Source: Amphiscolops sp. MND2022 (Eukaryota). Taken from it: 64,000 bases of DNA. The first letter of the stretch is position 1. The number at the start of each line of letters is the position of its first letter. The DNA is taken from NCBI GenBank assembly GCA_964187785.1, contig OZ076409.1, forward strand, positions 80,538,001 to 80,602,000. The letters are read 5' to 3'. Below, in pieces: positions 25,066-38,280 of the stretch. The notes beneath the pieces were generated by a model. That model saw only the letters and a list, made by a program, of their open reading frames with translations. It did not search any database and was not told the origin of the DNA. A program made the translations under genes and the position numbers.

Positions 25066-26129
25066 GAATTATTTCTAAGGTAAAATTTAAGCCACCGCAG
25101 ACTGCAATCAGCGGAAATGATCTCAAGGAGAATTTTAACAACTGCAGAATAGTATCAGCGGAATTTCTCTAAGGTAGAATTTAAAACAAAAGCAGAGTGG
25201 AATCAGCGGAATTTTTTATAAAAATTAGAATTTAAACAACCGCAGAATGAAATCAGCGGAATTATTCTGAGATTGAATTCAAACAACCGCAAAATAGAAC
25301 CAGCGGAATTTGTTCTAAGTTAAAATTTAGACAAACGCAGAATAAAATCAGCGGAAATATTCTAAGATAAAGTTTAAAACAGATTGGAATCAGCGGAATT
25401 ATTCGATGTTGAAATTTAAACAACCGCAGAATGAAATCAACGGAATAATACTAAGATAGAATTTGAACAACGGCAGAGTGAAATCAGCAAAATGTTTCTG
25501 AATTAGAATTTTAACAGCCGCAGAGTGAAATCAGCAGAATTATTCTCAGCTAAATTTCAGACAAACGCAGAATGAAATCAGCGGAAGTACACTAAAAAAG
25601 ACTTTTAACAAATGCAGAATGAAATCTGCGGAAAAATTCTAAGTTAGAAATTAAAACAACCGCGGAGTTGAAACAGCCGAATTATTGTAATAGAACTTAA
25701 TCAACCGCAGAACAAAATCAGCGGAATTAATTTCAGTTGAAATTAAGACAAACGCAGAATGATATCAGCGAAATTTTTCTAAGATAGAATTTTAACAACC
25801 GCAGAACGATATCAGCGGAATTATTCTGGGACAGAATTTAAAACAACCTTAGAGCGGAATCAGCGGAATTATTTTGAGTTAAAAACAGACAACTGCAGAA
25901 TGTAATCAGCGTAATGATTCTAAGATATAATTTAAACAACCGCAGAGTAGAATCAGTGGAATTATTCTAAGTTGAGGCTCAGAAAACCGCAGAATGAAAT
26001 CATCGAATTCATTCTACGATAAAATTTAAAACGAACGCAGAGTGGAATCAGCGGAAATTATTTTAAGTTAGAACTTAGGATAACCGCGGAGCGAAATCTG
26101 CGGAAAAAATTCGAAGTTAGAATTAAATA
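25066..26129. repeat. 47-bp satellite, duplicated array
   Basis: Copy of 15567-16630 at offset 9499. Confidence 0.95.
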
Positions 26130-26546
26130 GAAAGGGGGAGGATGAAATATCTCCACTGAGAACAATCTAAGAAACTTTCGACTTAGCAAACCGAGACAGA
26201 GAAGTTTTGAATAAACTTTGCTGAGATAGAAAAATTTGTTGAGGGAATTAGGAATTTGAAAAGATAAAATTTGCTTGAGAGAGAGGAAAAAGAAGTGATT
26301 TGAGAGCAAGAGAAGTTTGGCTAAGATAAGAGCCAAAAAGGGAAAAGAAGAGAGAGGGAGATAGACGTTTTAAGTCTAGAATAAACTCAAGCAAAGAAAA
26401 GCGAAGGGAAGTCAGAGGAAGGGGAAAAAGAGTGAAGAGAGAAAAGATAGTAAGAGTATGGGAGGCGAAGAGGAGGAGGGAAGGGAGCTGTTAAGTTGAG
26501 CTCTGGCGTTCGGCGGGAAAAATGAAGCTCCAGCCTGTGGGCCCGG

Positions 26547-26554
26547 TATAAAAA
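26547..26554 (+). promoter_or_regulatory. TATA-box-like TATAAAAA in a GC-richer island just beyond the purine tract
   Basis: GGGCCCGG-TATAAAAA-CAGTTTAGCGC. Motif only; no downstream ORF was identified. Confidence 0.25.
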
Positions 26555-27399
26555 CAGTTTAGCGCTTCTGCTGAAGTGCCTGGACGGCATGTCTTGCAAG
26601 CAGCAAGAGCGGCTTCGCTAGATTTTTAATACTTCGCGGAAAATTTTAGAAAAATTCACTTGTGCAATCCCTTTCCCGTAGTACTTCCTCATAACTATTA
26701 CTCTTCGCAGCTGCCACTTCTTTGCCGCGCCATTGATATTTTCCACCTGTGTTTCTTATACTTCACTCAACGTTAGTTCCATTTCCTTTTTCTTTATGCA
26801 CGTGTCATTTTATCATAAACAGCACTATTACTCAAACAAGAATCGTTAGAGCGTTAGTCATAGCCCGATATTTTATTGTTTTTCTGCACCAGTAATTTAT
26901 TCCAATTTTTTTGCAATTTTCAACAACATTAATTCTTACCCGCTGCACAACATTACGTACAACTATTTGTCTTCTTCACAATTTCTTCATGAATTTTTAG
27001 CAGCTTTTCTCGTTGCCAAAAAGTGTTGCTCTTAGCATATTGTTTCCCATCTTTTGGGGAAACTAAAATCTTTTCCGAATGAAGAAAACTATTATCATCT
27101 GAGCAAAACGTGTTAAACGTTTCTCTCCATGGATATGGAAAACAAGCAATTTGCGCCGAATCCCTGTAAAGGATCAGTTTTACTTTTTTTGAAGATGTCG
27201 AACTTTCATAAGGTTGGCTTGTTTCATGATTTACTTATACGTGATTCACTTCTTTTTGCACGATTACTATTTTCCGCCCACATATTTCGGGGAGGAAAAT
27301 CATGATCTTTGACGCGTTTTTTATATTTTTTACGAATACTGCCGAAATTCCACTTTGTCTCCACTCCATGGAGTGAAGTTCACTTCACTTATTGCTTTC

Positions 27400-27510
27400 C
27401 CAGTCAGTAAGTCGTGGGTTCGAACCCGGGCTGGCGCTTGAACTTTTTTCGCGTTTCACAGCCAGTAGGTTGTTGGTTCGATCCTCTCCTTCGCCATATT
27501 TTTTTTTGCA
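27400..27510 (+). ncRNA. Two tandem tRNA 3'-half-like fragments (B box plus oligo-T), probably SINE or pseudo-tRNA debris
   Basis: GTCGTGGGTTCGAACCCGGGCTGGCGC..TTTTTT (B box 27417-27426) and GGTTGTTGGTTCGATCCTCTCCTTCGCCA-TATTTTTTTTT (B box 27475-27484). No D arm, A box or full cloverleaf was found. Confidence 0.55.
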
Positions 27511-27769
27511 TTAAGCGTGTGGCGGAAAAAATTCCGGTGCATAGCGTGTGTTTTGTTGGCCACGCATACTAAACAGTTACCTTAATTTTTTTGTCACACT
27601 TAACGCTAATCTCGCTTTGTCACCTGCTGGCGTTTCCATTTATCACAATCAATACGCGTTTTTTCACCTTTTGGTGTAATTGCCTAATTTGAATCATTTG
27701 AAAATTCCTTGACTACCTTTATGGTGAATCAATCATTGAACCAACGTTCTGAATTTAATACTGAACATT

Positions 27770-30250
27770 CCGTATCTGGCATGATCTCGATATAAAGTAT
27801 GCTTTTCCCAGTGTTCCTCCCGGTTCGTGGAATACTAAAAATTCAAATGGTAAAAGCATGTCCACCCATCTAGTTAAACCACTAGAAAACGTTTCATTTG
27901 ACTTATTGGCTTTTAATCGCTTTTTAGTGCTGTTTGATCAGAGGTTATTCCAAATTACGTTTCGTCACATAGTTTTTAAAATGTTCTTTTGATTAACAAC
28001 TGGTAAGAACTATTTCGTTCGTCGAGTTCTTCGCTGCGAACTCTCTTACAATTCTCGACGCATACGCAAGCAGTTTCCAGCAACATTTTTCTTACTGTTG
28101 AACACGAACCTAGTTTCGTTGTATAGCATCAAAGAATATTCTCAGTGGCCTGTTTTTTGTGTTAACTCCTCAGTTGTTTTCACTTTACTGTTAGGTTTTT
28201 CTAAAGCTTTCGCAAGTTCGTCCATTCCCATTTGCTTCTTTTTTCAAGGTATTAAGGAATGGAAGCAATTCGCCTGCTGAACCGATATTAATTGGTTCAC
28301 TAGTTTACCGCTCCTAAAAACAATTTCCATTCTTTCAAATTGGTCAATCTTAGCCTTCGAGTATTTCCTTATTTTCTATCGATTATTGGCGGAACTCCTG
28401 AATCAGTTAAATTTAAGCCCAGCTACCCTAACTTTTTTTTTTTGCGATCGCGCTTTTCTGCATTCAAAAACAAGTTCGACAGATCGGGTGTATTAGGTAT
28501 TTCCGGCTGTTTGTCATATGTTGTTGCTTGGATCTTTAGTTACTACTGAAACCCCATCGATAAAAAAAAAACTTTTAATATGAGCTCATGAATAGTCCAA
28601 TACTTTTTGAAATTCTGTGGGCATGACGGTCAGAATTGAAAATGCAGCTACATAACTTTACGTTCCCGTTGCTTCCTTGTCAGTTGTTTGAAATCGACAT
28701 TTTTCGCAGTTAGAATTTGTAAAGGAATCTGTCCGGACGCATATGTCAAAGCTAGTGACGATTATTATACTTCGCTATCTTTGTTATCGATCTCTGATAG
28801 ATTTCTCATTTACTTATTTAGATTTGGGATCTGACACTTGTTTTCATCTCCAGCGTTATTGAAAGCTTTTGTTTATGAAATAATTTTAACTGAACGATCT
28901 TTCTATACTGTAATGACCGTTGGCTGTATACGAAGGTCATCCTTTGTCTCATCCATCCTTCCAATATGTCTATCTTTCAAAAACCTTTTAATTTCTTTTT
29001 CAATGGTCTGTTGCGTTTTAACTGGGATAATTCTCTTTTTTTTGTGTTATTTTAGCATCTTTTTGTGTTCGAAAGCTTACTGTGTGATTTTTTGCCTTGC
29101 CATATTTTAACATGTTAGAGATTTTTCCATAAACATCTTTGTCATTTGACTCAACTTCTCCTCCCATTCCCCAATTCCATTCATTTCCGACTCACCCACA
29201 CTGTCGATTGGACTATGGTTCAGCGTTGCTAGCCGTTCTTCCTGAAGAGTTGATTTTGTTTTTTTCGCAAAGAGGAATCTTGCCTTTAGGGTGTGAGTGT
29301 CGCCCATCTGTGACTCACAAAACACATATCCCACTAGATCTTCATACTTTTTTTTCAATAAATCTTCTCACTTGTGTGTCTTGTTGCATTATGCTCTTTA
29401 TCTCGTCTAACAAAAATTGGAACCGTGGAGCTTGTATCAAGCATGGTCTTGATTATGCAACCATTTATTAGGGCTTCCATTGTACGGTTTTGTGCTGCTG
29501 TTTCCACAGTTTTCATCGTTCAGCACTGTCGTTTCTTCCTTGTTGCCTTGATCTCCCTCGTACTAATTCACCATGTGTTTTATTCTGCCAGTTTGTTCTC
29601 ATGTCACTTTGTCTGTTATTACTTTTTTCTCCAATGGTTTTTTACCTTGGAATTACCGCTTTTTCTCAACATGATCTTTTCTGTCACAATAGTTGTAGAT
29701 GGTGCCTGGTCCTTTATAGTTGTTCAAATTTGCGTTTGCATATACTTTTATTTTTGATGTTGCCCTGACTGCCCGGTTGTTCTTTGTCGTCGAAGACTTT
29801 CTCGCAAGTCTATTTCGCTTTGTAATGCGCCACATACTCAGCCTCCTTATGTCAAATGAGAGCATTAGCCTAGTTTGCCATGTTTAGGATAATTACGTCA
29901 TAAATTAGTCCCTGAGTTTGGTCCCCGAAATCGCTCATTGCAACCAGCCCTTTCAACACATTCCAGAACTGGTGAGGGATTCCGATGGTAGCTCAGAGTA
30001 ATTTATTGGCAGTCAGAGTAATTCATTCAGCTCTATTGTGAAGATCTTCCTCGTAATGTTAGTATTCATTAGCATTTTTCTGCCGGATTTCTCGATTGCT
30101 ATATACAACAGGATATCGTCTTTGTAGCGGTTTCTTTTGACTTCTTTCCGCGGCTGTTTCTTGCGGATCTTGTTCTGTTGGAGTTTTTCTAAGTTCCGAA
30201 ATCACCATAAAATGTTTTGCTGACGCCGCTAAGTACAATAAAACCATCCA
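27770..30250 (-). mobile_element. Heavily decayed Ty3/Gypsy remnant C (gag-PR-RT-RNase H)
   Basis: Minus-strand pieces: YNYCDRKDHVEKK (knuckle remnant), KTMLDTSSTVPIF (PR, 29422-29444), IEKEIKRFLKDRHIGRMDETKDDLRIQPTVITV*KDRSVKI (RT N-terminus), VMPTEFQKVLD, and TSDQTALK...FSSGLTRWVDMLLPFEF...HEPGGTLGKAYFISR (RNase H end). Confidence 0.75.
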
Positions 30251-31059
30251 CTGGCTCTTTTCGTTAGAGTTGGAGTTTTCGGCGTCCTGTAAGGAATAGT
30301 GTCTTCCAGGAAGAGGAGCTGAAGTCTAATCTCCATGTTTATTAGCGCGCAGCACCATGGTAAAGACTTGTGAAATATATTTGAAGACGGAAGTGGCAAT
30401 AATACTTCAATTGGCCATATGCTATGAATGTGCGAACTCAATGTGAACGGCTTTCTTGTTAATTGGTATTCTAATTGATTGTATTTATTATTTCACAACA
30501 CTATCACAGACAGATTAAAAACTTTCAAAAAAGGAAAAAGGCCTAAATTAAGTGTGAGGACTTTTTGAATCGTTTCCAGCATTCACCACGAAATAATCAC
30601 TTCGACCGGATTGACAGGTTGACAAAGGAAAAAACACGGCAGTGAAAGTACATTCTCAGATGTAAAACTTTCTCTTTCGAAATTGTGAAATTATTCCCCT
30701 GGATTTCTACTGTACATAATTTTATAGAACTGGAGTATATATATATATACTAAAATACTGAGCGTTCTAGTTCCGGTGTTCGCACAAAATGATCATGACC
30801 ATAGCAATAATGTGAATCATTAGATATTTGTTTGTCACGACATGGGAAAGGAGTTTTCCGGTCAGACTGGGAGGAAGGACAGAAAAGAGATGAATTTTGT
30901 TACTTCCGGAAGAACCCGCCTCAGAGCGACAGTTGTGAAAATACAAACTCTCAGTGTTACTAGTGCTAGTTTATGCAACCATACCGGAGGAAAGCTCATC
31001 CTCTTCTCATCCACAAGAATCTTTGCTACTAGTCACACATAAACTGGCGCTTACAGTGC

Positions 31060-31300
31060 AATTCAACTCAAATACATCAGCGGATTTGGCGGTGGATTCA
31101 TTTATTGGTGCAATACATCTCAAATCCATCAGCGGATTTGTTCAGCGCTATTTCTTTCAAAATTCATCATAAATTCATCCTCAAGTTTGCGAGTGAATTG
31201 AATATGGAACCATTTACTTAAAATTCATCACTAATCCATCAGCGGATTTCATGGGACTTTAATACTTGTTAAACTCATCTCAAATTCATCGTTAGAGTGT
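31060..31300. repeat. Degenerate short tandem repeat (about 52-55 bp; CATCAGCGGATTT and AATTCATC motifs)
   Basis: CATCAGCGGATTT at about 31075, 31127 and 31237; (A/T)TTCATC motifs recur, weakly, to about 31720. Confidence 0.55.
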
Positions 31301-32501
31301 GTTTCAATAACTTCCATTCCAATATGCTTCACACTTTCTCGAAACGTAAAACTCATCGTTTAGACATCGCATGCCAGGAGAGACTGAGAAAATGTGAAGT
31401 TACATCATTAATTCATCTTAAAAGAGCGATTGTGCTGGATTTTACCTATTTAAATGGAAAATACATCCTCAATTCATCGTCGATCCAATATGGTGCTGGA
31501 AATAGCAAATGAGAGGGATGGTCCATCTCTTTTTTATCGCAATCTTTATTAGTGATAATTTTAGATAGAAATAACTTGGAACTCATCACATTTACATCCT
31601 ACACTTCTTTAGAGTTCGGAATTAGTGAATATCTCCATGTTTTTCATCGCTAATTCATCCTTGTGCACAAATGATGTCTAATATTGCAGGTAACGCCTGG
31701 AAAACATCGCATTCTCATCGCTTGATATATTTTACTTTAATTCGGAATGAAATTAGTGCAATTATGATTACTTTCATCATGTTCATATCCCCATAGCAAC
31801 AGTTGTTATGTGCAGGTAATTTGCAACGCTGTAAAGCCGATGTTTCACTACCATTTTATATATATGCAGATTTAACATATGAGGTAGCCATCCTGCGGCA
31901 ATTCGCACCACTGGTAGTCCCGTGACTTACCAATTAACACCAGCTGATACAGCCAATGAAAAACGGAGGTTGGTAAGAATTGAGTCCTACCAACCAGAAA
32001 ACGCGCGGTTTGCTGTGTTTGAACCGCCATAATTGATTAATCAGAAAAGAATTGTGACTAGCTACAGTACAGATGGTACCTTACACTCGTTTACCTCTGA
32101 TTTCCATCCATATTTTCAGATTGGTTAATCAGTTTCTACCTCGACTTGAACTTGCGATGAAATTTAGATGACCTCCATTCATTGTTGCTCCGAACTGAAT
32201 TATACTACCGTGAAGCTTTGATTTCATAACTTTCATCGAAAACGCATCTCAGTTCAAAAGAGTGAATTCGAGATATTCACAATTAACAATTAAAATACAT
32301 CCAACAAACATCTCAGAATAATCCAGTCTTCGCTCATAATTCTTTTTCACCCTTCGTATGAGTTCAGAACAAGGAACTTTACTCAGGAACGGCAAAATCA
32401 TCAGTCTAATGTCGGAAGAAAATACCTCCTCGAACAACGCAATGGCAGAGTAAAGTATTACTGAATCTGAAGTTAATGATGGTTCTGACATTTCTTCCCA
32501 A

Positions 32502-32753
32502 TTGTCTGGAATGAAGGAAAATTACGAGAGGAAAATTGGGGAACTCCAATCTGAATTTAGCCAACTGAAAGACCTATTGATGGCTATTATCAATAAATCG
32601 AATCGCGACAGCCCTTCGACGAGTTTTCAGGGTCTTTCTAAGCGGCCCCAAATGGGGGAAGACATTCGGCTTTCGAGGAAAAATCATCAACTTACTTGTA
32701 GACTGTCTAAGCAATTTAAACAAAATGTGACTAATCAGGGACCAACATGGTGA
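32502..32753 (+). CDS. Short ORF with coiled-coil-like segment, function unknown; possibly retroelement leader ORF debris
   Basis: MKENYERKIGELQSEFSQLKDLLMAII shows a heptad-like pattern; the ORF is cut off by the non-LTR RT fragment. Confidence 0.25.
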   Translation: MSGMKENYERKIGELQSEFSQLKDLLMAIINKSNRDSPSTSFQGLSKRPQMGEDIRLSRKNHQLTCRLSKQFKQNVTNQGPTW

Positions 32754-32764
32754 AAAAAGGAACA

Positions 32765-33440
32765 TAACAACCGTGGTACCACAGGGATTGATTTTGGGGC
32801 CCTTTCTTTTTTAAATATACATTAATGATCTACACAAACAAACTGAACATTCTGAAATAAACCTTTTTGCAGACGACACCTCCGTTTATAAATTAGAACG
32901 AAATCTTTGCCATGTTAATATCAGTGATATCGAGGGTGTTAAAACTTGGCTTAACAGAAACAAACTAACAATCAATGAAGACAAGTGTGAAGTCTTATCA
33001 ATCGGCAATACGAAACCATTGCCAAAGTCTTATGTTTGCTAATGAAACAACTGAGCCTAGTTATTGTAAATACTTAGGCTTTTACATTTACAAAAAGTTG
33101 AACTTCAAAGAACATATTTCGTTCCTAACAAAAAAGTTGAAGAAGTTTTGTGGTCTGATGTATAATGTCAGATATTTGTATCATCAAAACTTTCTTCCAA
33201 AGGTTTCTACTTCTTTTGCAAAATCGTTATTAGAATACGGTATCCTAACTTATGATGCAGCCAGCCAGACAAACTTGAAAACAATTGACTCAGCACAAAG
33301 AAAAACGCTAAGAGCTATTTACTGTGAGAAACGATCGGCTTTTTCGCAACAAATACAATCTGATAAAATTATTTTGAACATTTACGAATCTTATGTCAAT
33401 CTCATGACAATGCCAATCCTGTCGGACTCAGGCCGAATTT
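32765..33440 (+). pseudogene. Non-LTR retrotransposon (LINE) reverse transcriptase C-terminal fragment
   Basis: VPQGLILGPFLF...NDL...INLFADDTSVY (FADD at 32866-32877), WLNRNKLTIN..K, CKYLGFYIYKKLNFKEHISFLTKKL...GLMYNVR...KSLLEYGILTY...IDSAQRKTLRAIY. These are typical LINE RT and thumb motifs; frameshifted. Confidence 0.85.
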
Positions 33441-34099
33441 GAAAACCAAAATAACGAAATACTTCACTCCAAATTTATGCACGAGGAATGCGGAACCTTA
33501 TTACGCAGAAGGAATTGTTACAGATTGATAATTTAAATGAATCAACGGACTGGGTTTTTACGACGCGATACTCGAAACAAAAACATGGCCAGAACCAACA
33601 ACATTAGATCAAAAATTCTTGAAATATCGTTAAGGTGAACGATTGGAGCTCCATTTTGATGATCGTCGCCATGTCCAGAAGGGTGTGATGTTTGATTATA
33701 TTTGACTCTGGAGTCAGAGGTTACCAGAGCAGTAGCCATGAGTTTGCGTAACCTAAAATTCAGATCAACATCATTTTTAGAATACGAGAGTAACTCCAAT
33801 CGGTGCCGCTTGCGATATTTGATCGGAGAAAATGAAAATAGCAATCTTTTTGTCAAAAACAAAGTGAAGGGAATGTTGAAAAGCGATCTCGACAGTCTTG
33901 AGCTTCACACCATAAACGATGAGCATTTGATAAACACTGGTAGGAGCAGTCCCAAAAATTGCGTCTGCATAAACTTCCGTCGCGTTAGTCAACATATTTA
34001 ATCCTTCATCTGAGGCGAAGAGAAAAACAAAAACTTGTCAATTTCAAACATTTCCCCAGTAAATCGTTTCTGGACCAAGAGCAGCTTGAAATTCTTCGG

Positions 34100-35300
34100 C
34101 CTTGGTCGAAATCGGTTGTTGAACAAGCTTACATTATTTTGCAATTAGAGGCCGAGTTTCTCTAATTGGCCTTTCCACCTTCTTTAATTCATCTGGTATC
34201 TTCTAGAGAGAACAGCATTGCGCGTTTAACGAAAGCTTCGAACAAATTAGGTTTCAGGAAGAAGAGTTTTCTAAAACTTTTAAAAGTACACTTGAAGGAC
34301 CTTGCGTTACAATTTTTCCACACATTAGACGAGAATACAAGGACAGACTTAGAGCAGTCAACGACTGCTTTGAAAAATGATTTTCAACTCAACCTTGAAA
34401 GAAATACACCAGATCAAATTAGAAAGTATAAAATTCTATCACAAAACAGAATCACGAGAAGAGTTCCAAGTGAAACTGCAAAACTTGGCATTCAAAGCAT
34501 ATCCAAAACCGGTTGATTTACCAGTGGCGCCGGTTGACGAAACGGAGCTGTAGCAAATGATCAGGACCGCTTTGATAGAGAAAAAAGTGAAAATGGAAAC
34601 TGACGGAGTTTCGCGAAAGGCATTTAATTCGTATTTTCAAAAACGCAATGCCAAGTTTGTTTTATTCAATTAAAGATTCTTGAGGAACCGGAAAAAACAA
34701 CAATTCAAGAACTGTGCACGAAAGTGAGACAAAAATTGATATTAGGAGAACTATGTCCTGTTGATGATTGGTCTCGAGAAAGATTGAATGAATGGGTTCC
34801 GAAAATTCAGAAAAAGTTTTATTGGTCCTGACAAAAATGTCTGAGAACCATACAACCCTTGAAAACAGAATCGAAGCAATGACGGAAAAACTGCACTCAC
34901 CGCAACAGAGTTCCAATATGATAACTATAACGATAATCGGGAAAAATGGAGAGGAAATTTCAGAGGTATATCTTACCAGATTCGAGGAAAAAGAGGGTAT
35001 CGCTGTAACCAAGGATACTCAAACAAACAAAAGAACGGATGAAACAATCGAAGGAGATGGCCGTACGGGAGTAACTTCAATGGAGGTAACAATTGTGGTG
35101 GAAATAATTTCAGAGGCAACAGCAGGGAAAATTTCACAAATAACTGAAATAATGGCAATAATGATAGTTTCCTAGGCCAAGGTGGAAATGCCAATATCGG
35201 AACGACACTTACTACAGGAAACTTGGACGGTCATTTTGAATCCACTGAGTTCTCTCAAAAAATTTGTTACAACTGCGGCTGCCGTGAAAAGTGTAAAACT
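34100..35300 (+). pseudogene. gag: Gypsy gag, fragmented
   Basis: LKVHLKDLALQFFHTLDENTRTDLEQSTTALKNDF (retrotransposon gag-like), LEEPEKTTIQELCTKVRQKL, an N/G/R-rich low-complexity stretch, and ICYNCG (broken knuckle). Confidence 0.7.
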
Positions 35301-35639
35301 GTAATTATAATAATAGCTCACTGTGATTGGTTATTAATGCAAGTCGCAAGATCTGGGAACTTGCTTACGGTGATATGTATCGTAATGGCCACTCGCACCA
35401 TTCCGCCAGAAATTGTGAAGCGCGAAAGAAAATGTTGTTCTAGGTGTCGACAAATTTCGTTCAACTCGCAATCAAATAACTAATAAAGCCACACACGTCC
35501 AACAGTCAAGACCATAAAACTAACTATATTCAAGGTAATACGAATGCACCTAATGTTTCTGACTTTTCACAAGAGTCAGTTGAGGAACTAAAACATTTTA
35601 TTACAGATGGAAACATTCCTGATATCAGTGCAATTTTTC

Positions 35640-38280
35640 CACTAGAAGGCGAAAACATTGCAAATACGATTGAAGTTTGGAAACCTACAAAGAAAAGCAC
35701 TCACAGATACTGGAGCATGAGCAAACGCCATGCCGGTGAGTTCTACGAAAAACTGAAAAAATGAATACTCTGATTCAATTCCAGAGTTCCAACAAGCTTC
35801 TTTTCCCATCGTAAAAGTCGCTTCCGGACGCACAGCGAAAGGCTTTACGCACATTGGGGTCAACTTTCAGGTTAATCATCATGATCTCCAGGACACCTCT
35901 CGGATACTTCCTTCGATGAACAGGGTTGTTCTCGGCAACCTTTTGTTCAAAAAGTATAACATAGAAATAAGCCCAGCAGACAATCTTCTAAAGTTACCTG
36001 ATCTGACGTATCAGTTAAACGAACTCAAAATACCCGGGAAGGCTGACGAAAAAATCCGTAAACTCGATATTCAGTATCGATGTCTCAGAAAACATTCCTA
36101 AAACAACAAAACCAGGAAATTATCTACACAAAAAAGAAATTTCCCAAAACACAGGCAAACACAGGCGTTATCGTTCCTCGAGATGATTACAAAAACAGAA
36201 CTGAATTGAAAGTGTCTTTTGCAGTTGTTACAGTAGGAAAAGGCAATATGATGACAATTTTAGCTCTCAATTTGAATGATCATTATGTGACTATACCAAA
36301 AAAGAAACAGCAGATTTTCAGTTCCTTTCGCCAGAAGAAGAGGAGATTTAGGTGCAATTGGTCTGGAATTAATAGCACTCAGCAAACAAAAATGGTGACA
36401 TATTGAAAGAAACATCCAATCTTGCGTGTAGGGAAAAACAGACGAGGAAAACAAGCTACACGACCACCGCCTGATTACGAAAAAAATCTGGTTTCCCACG
36501 CCAGAAACATGTGCCAATGCGGAAGATTTTTCTCCATTGCAGCGGAGCATTTTTGATAAGGTTGCGAACTAGAACATCGAGATTTGCTGGATCCAATGAC
36601 CAATGCAAAAGATATTTTCAATCAATAAAACTGGCTCAAATCATCTTTAACAATGGCGCAAATTTCGCAAATGCACGATCATCTAGTTGAATGTTTCGAT
36701 ATAATTGCGAATTATCGTTTCGACGTCGGATAAAACACGGACTTGAAATTAAAATTGACGCCTGCGCATGACCTACTAGTCTATGTACAAAGTCCGCCAG
36801 CGCCTATTCACCTTCGTGGCGGAATAATGATTCAGTTAGCTCTTATGTAGTGTTATGGAATTGTAACACTTCAACCAAATTCTAAATATAGCAGTCCGAT
36901 ATTTGCTCATAGGGGAACCATCAGCCAAATTGAGAATTATGATCGGTTTGAGACGCGTGAACCACTTACTCAGAAATGATTGCAACAATAATAATAATAT
37001 TCCAGTGTCCAACATGACAGATGTCTTGCATCGCTTTGTAGGCAAAACTTTATTCACGAAAGGAGATTGCTCGCGAGCTTATCATTGCGGGCAAATGGCA
37101 GATCCGTTATCAGTTCAACTTCTGCCATTTACTTTTGCTTTGAGAACGTACGACTACCAAAGATTAGCACAAGTAATAACCAAATGTGTGACAGGGTTCA
37201 GTTCACTTGTTAGATCTTTTCTAGACTCCTGTCTTGCAGTGAAATTATGTACACAATTCATAGACGATATCGGATATGGAGTAGAGACATGTGATACAAA
37301 CATTTAGACGAGTATTTGACTGTTCAGGACTACGATTGACACCACATAAATGACAACTCGGCATGAGCTTAATAAAAGTCCTTGGAAGTACAATAACACC
37401 TGAAGGACTGATACCTGAAACAAAGATTGAGAAATTTCTCTTGAAACTATCTAGCTACCAGCCACAGTCAGACAAGTCAAACGACTAATTGTCTGTATCC
37501 CTATTATTTTGTTGCTTTCTCCCAAATCTAGCGAAAAACTTGAAGCTTTGGTACAAGTTACTCCGCAAGGTCGTTGAATTTACTTTTCAAGATGACCAGT
37601 TGAAAAGTTTTGAAACCTTAAAAAGCAAGACCTTTTGAAGCAACAAAAACAACAGTAAGATTAGCGAACTCAGGCCAACAGCATGTATTTCTTTGCGACG
37701 CCAGTTACTACAGCAATGGATTTATAACGACGACAGAAGATTACTTAGCACAACAAAATGAAACTAAAAACAGGCCTATGCTCCAGTTTTTTTTGGTTCG
37801 CAGCTTCCAATACAAGTCAGCTGAAGGTGTCCACATATTGTAAAAAAATCGGCCCTTTTTTTGCTCTCGAAAAACTTTCAAATTATTTTTGGGGCGCAAA
37901 GAAACCAGTCATTGTTTTGACGGATAACAAGAGTTCACCAAGTTTTTTTCAATCGAATGCTCCTCATTCATCACTTTGAAACTTCATGGATAGAGTACTG
38001 CATATAACATCGTGCTAGCACATAAACCGGGTAAAGCAAATGCAGCGGCTGATTTTTTATCAAGAATGCAAACGGATCCTAGTGAGAGCATCGATCTTCA
38101 GTTTTTTGACTCCATTTCCATGAAACAAATCGAAACAGACATGAAAGCAAATACTCCAGATGCATCGATGTTAATGATCGAAGTGAGCAATTCAAACGGA
38201 ACGGATGAACTAAAGTTTCTCACACCCAAAGACTTGATAGAAAACATACAACCAAATGACGCTCTATCAAATCACTAATA
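35640..38280 (+). pseudogene. pol: Gypsy pol: protease, RT and RNase H fragments
   Basis: KALTDTGA (35706-35717); FTKGDCSRAYHCGQMADPLSVQLLPFTFALRTYDYQRLAQ...CTQFIDD (37257-37268); FLCDASY; YFWGAKKPVIVLTDNKS...LAHKPGKANAAADFLSRMQ. Confidence 0.88.

Larger units (their letters stand above)
16967..26465. repeat. Segmental tandem duplication, unit 2
   Basis: About 99.9% identical to 7468-16966. It diverges from unit 1's junction after TGGGAGG at 26465 (continuing CGAAGAGGAGG). Confidence 0.97.

Noticed and set aside
27400-27510. Functional tRNA genes (also 56345-56400)
   Set aside because: Only T-arm/B-box and acceptor-like ends are present; I could not fold a complete cloverleaf or identify an anticodon.
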